Shown in pieces: positions 1 through 6,690 of a stretch of DNA of 7,554 nucleotides. Where the stretch lies: positions 1-7,554 of the forward strand of contig NW_021828790.1 in assembly GCF_006345805.1 (NCBI RefSeq), written 5' to 3'. A program made the translations under genes and the position numbers. The DNA comes from Octopus sinensis. Lineage: Eukaryota. Position 1 is the stretch's first letter; every line of letters begins with the position of its first letter. The notes below the pieces were generated by a model. That model did not search any database and was not told the origin of the DNA. It worked only from the letters and a program-made list of their open reading frames with translations.

Positions 1-77
1 TCATTTTCCATATTACTTTCTTCATCTTCTTCTTCATTCTCTACATCTTCATATTCTTTTTTCTTCATCTTCTCTTT

Positions 78-230
78 CATCACCATCATCATCATCATCA
101 CTATCGTAATCTTCCTCGTGCACTTATTGTTATCGTCTTTGTTGATTTGACTATCATCTTCATCATCGTCGTCATAGTCGTCAAATTCATCACCATCATC
201 ATCATCATCATCATCATCATTATCATCATC

Positions 231-295
<65 letters not shown>

Positions 296-475
296 TATCA
301 CATCATCATCATCGTCATCATCATCCTCGTCATCATTATCATCAGCATCATCATCATCGTCCTCATCATTATCATAAAATGTCATCATCATAATACTGTC
401 GTCGTTGCGGTGTTCATCATCAGCATCGTCGTTGTGGTTATCGTCACCGAGGCCATCGTCAACATCATCATCACC

Positions 476-554
<79 letters not shown>

Positions 555-565
555 CCTTCATCATT

Positions 566-599
<34 letters not shown>

Positions 600-601
600 C
601 C

Positions 602-634
<33 letters not shown>
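78..634. repeat. Long imperfect (ATC)n/(GAT)n trinucleotide array with GTC/ACC/ATT variants and a more complex interruption at about 376-460
   Basis: Read directly. It explains the poly-D/M/I/S ORFs at 101-773. Single-base indels switch the minus-strand reading between poly-Asp and poly-Met, arguing against coding. Confidence 0.95.
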
Positions 635-714
635 TTTGTCCTCAATCAGGAGAGTGATAAATGTTACGTACGGGCTTATCGCCATCTTATGTATAAGTAA
701 CAGATTATCCGAAA

Positions 715-850
715 TAAATACCCAAAAGAAAAAAAAAACAAACAAAAGGACACGAGAAAGAAACGGTAAATAAAGAAAATAAAGAAAGACAGAAAGACAG
801 AAATGCTAAGAGAGAATTCAAAAATGCAAAACGTAAAAGAAAGAGAAACA
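715..850. repeat. A/purine-rich low-complexity tract
   Basis: Runs such as AAAAGAAAAAAAAAAC, AAAGAAAATAAAGAAAGACAGAAAGACAG; no regular period. Confidence 0.7.
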
Positions 851-1007
851 AATTTCCAAAAACTGACAGTAATCTTCCTCATTGTAGAATGAAGAATCCG
901 AAATTTCTTGAAATTCCGTATTTTTTTATATTTATTATTTTTTTATATTTTCGTTTATATATATTATATTTTGTTGTTCTTGATTCTGGTTCGTCTTGTG
1001 TTGGCAG

Positions 1008-1062
1008 ACTGTCCGTCCTTCATACAAGATTCTGCAGATATATCATTGGTGTGGATTACTGG
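1008..1062 (+). CDS. Candidate 55-nt internal exon of an unidentified gene (all three frames open; e.g. LSVLHTRFCRYIIGVDYW or TVRPSYKILQIYHWCGLL)
   Basis: T-rich tract ending TTGGCAG (AG at 1006-1007) upstream and TGG|GTTAGC (GT at 1063-1064) downstream. Complex, GC-balanced island among low-complexity DNA. No protein family recognised, and the donor is mediocre. Confidence 0.2.
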
Positions 1063-1114
1063 GTTAGCAGGGGCGGCGGCTGTTGATAACTGACTCAATG
1101 AATAAGTTACCAAA

Positions 1115-1230
1115 TTATTGTTGTTATGGTTGTTGTTGTTGGTGGTGGTGTTGCTGCTGCGATTCCATGTAGTTACTGCTGTTGCTGCTCCCCATACTGT
1201 TGCTGCTGTTATGGTTGTTGTTGCTGCTGT
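1115..1230. repeat. Degenerate (TGT/TGC/GGT)n trinucleotide tract
   Basis: TTGTTGTTATGGTTGTTGTTGTTGGTGGTGGTGTTGCTGCTGC... read directly. Confidence 0.85.
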
Positions 1231-1540
1231 CCGAGTACACTCACGAGGAAAGGCACTCCAGCCATGACTTTCCAGTTTTCTTCTTTTTTTGTCACTTTCT
1301 TTTCATTTTCTTTATCTACCTTTTCTTTATTTACTCTTTTACTTTCACTTGTTTCAGTCATTTGACTGTGGCCATGCTGGAGCACCGCCTTTAGTCGAGC
1401 AAACGACCCCAGGACTTGTTCTTCGTATACCTAGTACTTATTCTATCGGCCTGTTTGCCGAAGTGCTAAGTGACGGGGGCATAAACACACCAGCATCGGT
1501 TGTCAAACGATGTTGGGGTGACAAGCACAGACACACAAAC

Positions 1541-1602
1541 ATACACACTCATACATACATACATACATACATACATACATAACATACATACATGATATAT
1601 AT

Positions 1603-1651
<49 letters not shown>

Positions 1652-1701
1652 ATATAGATATATACATACATACATGCATACATACATATATATATATATA
1701 T
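1541..1701. repeat. Compound microsatellite (ACAT)n-(AT)n-(ATATAG)n-(ACAT)n inside SINE A1
   Basis: Read directly; bounded on both sides by SINE sequence that aligns to copy A2. Confidence 0.95.
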
Positions 1702-1799
1702 GACGGGCTTTATTCAGTTTCCTCTACCAAATCCACTCACAAGGCTTTGGCCGGCCCGAAGCTATAATAGAAGACACTTGCCAAAGGTGCCACGCAGTG

Positions 1800-1852
1800 G
1801 GACTGAACCCGGAACCATATGGTTGCTAAGCTAGCTATTTACCACACAGCTA
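1800..1852 (-). promoter_or_regulatory. Internal RNA polymerase III promoter (A box and B box) of SINE A1
   Basis: TAGCTGTGTGG resembles TRGCNNAGTGG and GGTTCAGTCC resembles GGTTCRANNCC, at tRNA-like spacing. Activity not demonstrated. Confidence 0.6.
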
Positions 1853-2005
1853 CTCCTGCGCCTATTTCATCTTTTTATGGGAGCACATGACAACTACATA
1901 ATGTAATATGCTACCTACTTTGTATTTAAATCGGTTCGGTGTGAGATGTGATGAAAATTTAGCAGTTATTTCTAGCAAATCGGGAGGCTACCTACTGAAG
2001 CCACA

Positions 2006-2502
2006 GGATGGATGGATGGATGGATGGAAGTCTTGCAAGGATGGGTTGATCGATACAGATCGATTTGTATGTACGTATGTATGCCTGTATATAAGGATGG
2101 AGGAATAGATGGATGGATGGATGGATGGATGGATGGATGGATGGATGGATGGATGGATAGAGGTAAGGAGGGATTGATAGAGGGGTGGGATTTTGATAAA
2201 GGAGTAGGTGGGTGAATAGAGGGATGCGTAATTAGGCGTTTGGATGGGGGATCGATCGTTAGTTAAATCGATTTGGAATCATTGACGATGAATAGAATAA
2301 TTGACGATGAATGGATGGATGGACGGATGGGTGCATGGCTGGATGGATGCAGGAATGGGCTGTATGGATGGATGTGTTGTAAAATGGGAGAATGGATAGA
2401 ATTTATCGATGGGTGGATGGGGATGGATGAATAAGTGGATTGACGCATGACTGGGTGAGTGATCGGGTGGACTGGTGAGGGATTGAATGAGAGACGGATG
2501 GA
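2006..2502. repeat. (GGAT)n array: perfect 12-unit core at 2111-2158 with long decayed flanks
   Basis: GGAT x12 at 2111-2158, further GGAT runs at about 2006-2028 and 2310-2350, and scattered GGAT/GGGT variants to about 2502. Confidence 0.85.
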
Positions 2503-2542
2503 CAACCAGCTGTAATGAGGAGAGTTCTTTCATCATGTAGGC

Positions 2543-2629
2543 GATGATGATGATGACGATGAAGATGATGATGATGATGACGGACGACGACGACGACGAC
2601 GACGATGGTGGTAGCGGTGGTGATGGTGA
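2543..2629. repeat. Compound trinucleotide (GAT)n-(GAC)n-(GGT)n
   Basis: GATGATGATGATGACGATGAAGATGAT...GACGACGAC...GGTGGTAGCGGTGGTGATGGTGA read directly. Confidence 0.9.
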
Positions 2630-2951
2630 AAATGTTGATAATGATTCCTGGTTAATTGGTTAAGAGGCTGGTTAATGGCTGATACGCTTTCGAAAAACAG
2701 AAGTTGACCATCGTTGCAGTCATGTGATACGAATCAACCCTGCTATTAGTGTCCCTTATATTCAAAGACATCTCGTCTACGTCCATCCTAAATTTTATTT
2801 AAAGAGTATATCTGCCAAGACTATGTGGCTTGCATTCTTCATATATCGTAGAAGTTCGCTACACTGACTTAATGTAGAATATTTGATTGCTTTTAAACAC
2901 TTACACGCTAGTTCTTATTTTAGATGGCTGCTATCATTTTTAATTTGCTGT

Positions 2952-3153
2952 AAGCTGGAAGAACCGTTAGTATGTCGGACAAACATTTTTGATAGAATTC
3001 ATTCCGATTCTAAATCTTCTAAGTTGCAATTCTGCCGGGATCGGCTCTACATTTCGGTGCCGATAGTGATTGCCATTTGAGCTCTGGGTTCTGAATGATT
3101 GATTAACTCTCCTGCCCAAAATTTCAGGTCATGTGCCTAAGATGGAAATAATT
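2952..3153 (+). mobile_element. Decayed tRNA-derived SINE, family B, copy B1
   Basis: Collinear anchors with 5895-6250: GAACCGTTAGTATGTCGGACAAA (2961-2983) vs GAATCGTTAGTACACCGGACAAA (6009-6031), 19/23; identical TTGAGCTCTGGGTTC (3077-3091 and 6168-6182); AAATTTCAGGTCATGTGCCT (3119-3138) vs AAATTTCGGACCTTTTGCCT (5978-5997). Confidence 0.75.
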
Positions 3154-3215
3154 ATTTTTACTTATAATTCTAAATTTATAGATTATTCACATCTTTAATA
3201 CATTAAATATTCAAT

Positions 3216-3606
3216 TAGGAGTGGCTGTGTGGTAAGATGCTTACTTCCCAACCACATGGTTACGAGTTCAGTTCTACTTCGGGGCACCTTGGGCAAGTAT
3301 CGTCTGTTATAGCCTCAGGCCACCCGAACCCTTGTGAGTGTATTTGGCAAACGGAAACTGAAAGAAGCCCGACATATATATATGTGTGTGTGTATTTATG
3401 TGTCTGTGTTTGTCCCCAAACCATCGCTTGACAAGCGATGTTAGTGTGTTTACGTGCCGGTAACTTAGCAGTTCGGCAATAGAGAGTGACAGAAGAAGCA
3501 CTAGGCTTACAAGGATTAAGTCCTGGGGTCGATTTGTTTGATTAAAGGCGGTGCTCCTGCATGGCCGCAGTCGAATGTCTGAAAGAAGCAAATAAATAAA
3601 AGAATA
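3216..3606 (+). mobile_element. tRNA-derived SINE, family A, copy A2 (full length)
   Basis: A-box-like TGGCTGTGTGG (3222-3232), B-box-like AGTTCAGTTC (3265-3274), CCTTGGGCAAGT (3287-3298), short internal AT/GT tract, A-rich tail AAATAAATAAAAGAATAA. Inverted homologue of 1332-1864. Confidence 0.9.
3222..3274 (+). promoter_or_regulatory. Internal RNA polymerase III promoter (A box and degenerate B box) of SINE A2
   Basis: TGGCTGTGTGG and AGTTCAGTTC. The B box deviates from the A1 version (GGTTCAGTCC). Confidence 0.5.
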
Positions 3607-3740
3607 ATTGGGACCAACCAGCTGCCAATCTTTATCTTCGATATTCTTCTTGGTTGCACATCCACACTACTACACTTAAAAGGATTTTCATTATTGGTCA
3701 AAAGATAATTGACTGAGTATATATGTCAAATCTGACACCA

Positions 3741-4040
3741 TATTCTATCAGTCATTGTCTGGGAGTCAGAGCACACACTCGCGGGGACGTAATAAAACCT
3801 ATACCGGTGTTCATGCAGAGAAAAAACCCACAAACGCAGACACAATCATACATATTATACCAATGCAAACAAGCGCGTGTGCATGCATCTATATATACAT
3901 ACATACACACGCGACAAGACTTTATGCAGTCTCCGCTCAGCAAATATACTCAAGAAGCATTCTTGGTTCAGTGATTTATTATAAGCCAATACCTCAATAT
4001 GCTGTGTGGTGAAACTCAAGGTGAAATCTCTTAACCATAT
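3741..4040 (-). mobile_element. Heavily decayed SINE family A relic, copy A3, lacking the 5' end of its tRNA head and its 3' tail
   Basis: Collinear anchors with A1 in the same orientation: TATTCTATC (3741-3749 = 1439-1447), GGGGACGTAA, CACAAACGCAGACACA (cf. GACAAGCACAGACACA), internal CATA/TA tract, TTTATGCAGTCTCCG (cf. TTTATTCAGTTTCC), CAAAT-ATACTCA (cf. CAAAT-CCACTCA), AACCATAT (4033-4040 = 1813-1820). Low identity between anchors. Confidence 0.6.
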
Positions 4041-4043
4041 CTG

Positions 4044-4317
4044 TATAATAAGGAATGACCACCAAGTGGACATACAATAAGCTAGAAGAAGTTCACCTAC
4101 GATCTAACCACAAAGAATAGAATGTTCTCTAGAGAAATTCATCAAACACCAGAACATAAGCGGGTAAGACGGATGAAAATATACAAAAGTAAATAATTAA
4201 TCGTAGACCAGTGTTTGCTGATTTTTCTCTAGTGAACTTTCTTTTCTTTGTGGTTAGATCGCAGGTGATCTTCTTCAAGCATATTGGATATCCACTTAGT
4301 GGTCATCCCTTATTATA
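4044..4317. repeat. Fold-back: long inverted repeat, arms 4044-4149 and 4211-4317, 61-nt spacer; possible MITE or inverted retroelement junction
   Basis: Manual alignment of the left arm (106 nt) to the reverse complement of the right arm (107 nt) gives 13 mismatches and 1 gap, about 87% identity, including CGATCTAACCACAAAGAA exactly. Confidence 0.9.
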
Positions 4318-4355
4318 AACATATATTACAATTTTTCTGAATTTTCAGATTTTTC

Positions 4356-4491
4356 TATATGCTAGGCTACTGGTTATAAATTGATATTAATCAAATTAAT
4401 ATTCGATTTTTCACCTTTATATATATATATATATATATGCTAGGCTATTAGGTTTAAATTGATGTTAAATTAATATTCAATTTATCACCTT
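4356..4491. repeat. Imperfect direct duplication of about 60 bp (4356-4417 and 4434-4491) separated by (TA)n
   Basis: TATATGCTAGGCTACTGGTTATAAATTGATATTAATCAAATTAATATTCGATTTTTCACCTT vs TATATGCTAGGCTATTAGGTTTAAATTGATGTTAAATTAATATTCAATTTATCACCTT. Confidence 0.9.
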
Positions 4492-4507
4492 CATTATTTG
4501 ACTTTAT

Positions 4508-4604
4508 TATATATATATATGTATATATATATGCAGGTATGCATTATGTATGTGTGCATATATGTATGCATGCATGCAAGCATGCATACAAGTATGTATG
4601 TATG

Positions 4605-4641
<37 letters not shown>

Positions 4642-4671
4642 GTTTATTTATTTATACATATATATATGTCC

Positions 4672-4702
<31 letters not shown>

Positions 4703-4706
4703 CATC

Positions 4707-4746
<40 letters not shown>

Positions 4747-4785
4747 TCTATCTATATATAATATATATTATATATATATATAATA

Positions 4786-4820
<35 letters not shown>
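4508..4820. repeat. Compound microsatellite (TA)n/(ATGT,ATGC)n/(ATCT)7/(TA)n
   Basis: Read directly; ATCT run at 4672-4702. It explains the YI/IY-repeat ORFs. Confidence 0.95.
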
Positions 4821-4823
<3 letters not shown>

Positions 4824-4828
4824 ATTCA

Positions 4829-5330
4829 GAGGGAAGTAGAAAGAAAAACAATGGGCAGAAAAAGACAGCAGAACAAGAAAGAAGCGAGAAGAAGCGAGAA
4901 ATGTGAGAAGAAATTGGTGAAAGAACAGGCAAAGAAAATAAAGGGAAAAAATAAGAAAAACAAAAGGAACAGGGAAACAGAAGGAGAAAATCAAAACCAA
5001 GATAAGATTTGACTTCAAGAAAGAAAGAAAGAACGAAAGCAAACAAACAAATACAATGATAAAAGTTGTTAGATGTAGATGGATAGGCAGATAGAGAGAA
5101 AGATAGATTGATAAAAAATATATAAAATAAGTGAAAATGTGTACAGAAGTAAATAAACTGAATACGTTTAAGAGATAGAGGAAGATAAAATGATGAGGAA
5201 GAGAGAATATGAGAGAGGGAGGGAGGGTTGGGAAATATGAGATTATTAAGGAAAAAAAGGAGTTTTTGGAACGGTCAATCAGTTAGCATATTGATTGAAC
5301 CAGAAGAGCTGAAATAATGAATATAAGCAC
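4829..5330. repeat. Purine-rich (A/G) low-complexity tract with decayed GAAA/GAGA/GATA units
   Basis: Strong purine bias on the plus strand over about 500 nt. The K/E/R-rich ORF here reflects base composition. Confidence 0.7.
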
Positions 5331-5363
5331 AAACATATATAAACATGTTTAGGCCATGACCTC

Positions 5364-5617
<254 letters not shown>

Positions 5618-5718
5618 AGAATAAAATATAAGAACGATAATATTTCTAAAAATAATATCGCTGGTGGCCGCAAGCGTACAGCCGTATAGGAATGTGAATA
5701 AAACATATGACACCCGCG

Positions 5719-5795
5719 CACACACGCACACACACATATACATGCATACACACACACACACATACACCCCCCCCCTACATATATATAATATATAT
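5719..5795. repeat. (CA)n tract followed by a poly-C run and short (TA)n
   Basis: CACACACGCACACACACATATACATGCATACACACACACACACATACACCCCCCCCCTACATATATATAATATATAT. Confidence 0.85.
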
Positions 5796-5894
5796 CCTAG
5801 GGTACTAGTATATAGCACCCGCATCTCTAAAAATAGAAGTCAAAATACTTCTAAACCAGAGAAAGATCACAAAATTAATACAAGCTGATAGGAA

Positions 5895-6010
5895 AGGTCG
5901 GGTTTATCTTTCCGGGTCGATAAATTAAGTACCAGTTGCGTACTGGCGTCGATCTAATCGACTGGCCTCCTCCCCATAAATTTCGGACCTTTTGCCTTGA
6001 GTAGAAAAGA
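5895..6010 (+). mobile_element. SINE family B, copy B2 (3' half only)
   Basis: TTTCCGGGTCGATAAATTAAGTACCAGTTG...CTGGCGTCGATCTAATCGACT matches 6141-6195 of the adjacent copy; the tail matches B1. Confidence 0.8.
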
Positions 6011-6250
6011 ATCGTTAGTACACCGGACAAAATGCTTAGCAGCATTCCGTCCGTGCTTATGTTGAGTTCGTCTGTCTTAACGTTTTCACTTCGTCCGTCC
6101 TTATGTTCTGTGTTCAAATTCCACCGAGGCTGATCTTCACTTTCGGGGTCGATAAATGAAGTATCAGTTGAGCTCTGGGTTCGATGTAATCGACTTAAGC
6201 ACCCCCAAAAAAAACTTGCTGGCCTTGTGCCAAACTTTGATACCAATATT
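6009..6250 (+). mobile_element. SINE family B, copy B3 (head clipped by a few bases, internal triplication, different tail)
   Basis: tRNA-like head GAATCGTTAG..., B box GTTCAAATTCC (6112-6122), core TTTCGGGGTCGATAAATGAAGTATCAGTTG, GTTCGATGTAATCGACT. Homologous to B1 and B2. Confidence 0.85.
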
Positions 6251-6594
6251 ACAACTGGATGAGATCAACCATTTAACTGGACATTTTTAATCGGTCGCTC
6301 AATCGGTCGGGAGTTCGTTTTGCAGTATGGTTGACAGGATTGTTGGCTGGTTTGTTAGTTGGTCTGGTGACTGGAGATGAAGTATGATTAGAATGGTATG
6401 GATGGACGATACACAGGAAGGCTGAGTTGAATCGGTTATTCCCTCGGCTCGCTTGCTTGTTCCATTAAAAAAAAAATGAGGTCAGTTCGAAACAGCAGCT
6501 TACAATTTTTTTTTTTTGTTTTAATTATATTAAATATTCATTCACTACATTTTTCTCTCCTCTTTGTTTCGTCTATTTCTTATTTTCCAACATG

Positions 6595-6601
6595 TCTCTC
6601 T

Positions 6602-6680
<79 letters not shown>

Positions 6681-6690
6681 ACACACATAC
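6595..6690. repeat. (CT)n array (core 6605-6670) followed by (CA)n
   Basis: Read directly; explains the SLSLSL ORFs. Confidence 0.95.

Larger units (their letters stand above)
1332..1864 (-). mobile_element. tRNA-derived SINE, family A, copy A1 (full length, expanded internal microsatellite)
   Basis: Aligns by eye in reverse complement to 3216-3606 (roughly 75-80% identity outside the microsatellite). Minus strand has A-box-like TAGCTGTGTGG (1852-1842), B-box-like GGTTCAGTCC (1809-1800), CCTTTGGCAAGT (1787-1776) and an A-rich AAAAGAGTA-type tail at about 1332-1345. Confidence 0.9.

Noticed and set aside
101-745. 214-aa poly-Asp/poly-Met ORF as an acidic (e.g. biomineralisation-type) protein
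   Set aside because: It is a translation of (GAT)n. The frame slips between Asp and Met runs at single-base indels, the N-terminus derives from a T-rich tract, and there is no recognisable domain or convincing signal peptide.
1030-1090. VWITGLAGAAA as a P-loop-like motif
   Set aside because: It lacks the GK[ST] signature and is followed by a stop within a few codons.
1910-1996. 10-bp direct repeat GCTACCTACT (1910-1919, 1987-1996) as a TSD around a 67-nt insertion
   Set aside because: One such nearby 10-mer pair is close to chance expectation in a window this size, and the interval has no tail or terminal repeats.
3222-3290. Genuine tRNA gene (also 1790-1860 and 6009-6125)
   Set aside because: A/B boxes are present, but I could not build a cloverleaf, and each continues into a SINE body and tail.
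3607-3720. Short complex stretch as a coding exon or LINE fragment
   Set aside because: All plus frames close within about 40 codons, there is no convincing acceptor/donor pair, and no recognisable RT or endonuclease motif.
4044-4317. Hammerhead ribozyme or pre-miRNA within the fold-back
   Set aside because: I did not find a CTGANGA...GAAA catalytic core on either strand, and the arms (about 106 bp) and 61-nt loop are far larger than an animal pre-miRNA.
6045-6112. CRISPR-like array
   Set aside because: The units are directly adjacent without spacers, lie inside a SINE, and the context is eukaryotic with no cas genes.
5875-6246. 123-aa minus-strand ORF (likewise 3307-3591, 1289-1582, 3723-4073)
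   Set aside because: Each lies largely within SINE copies, with no recognisable protein similarity.
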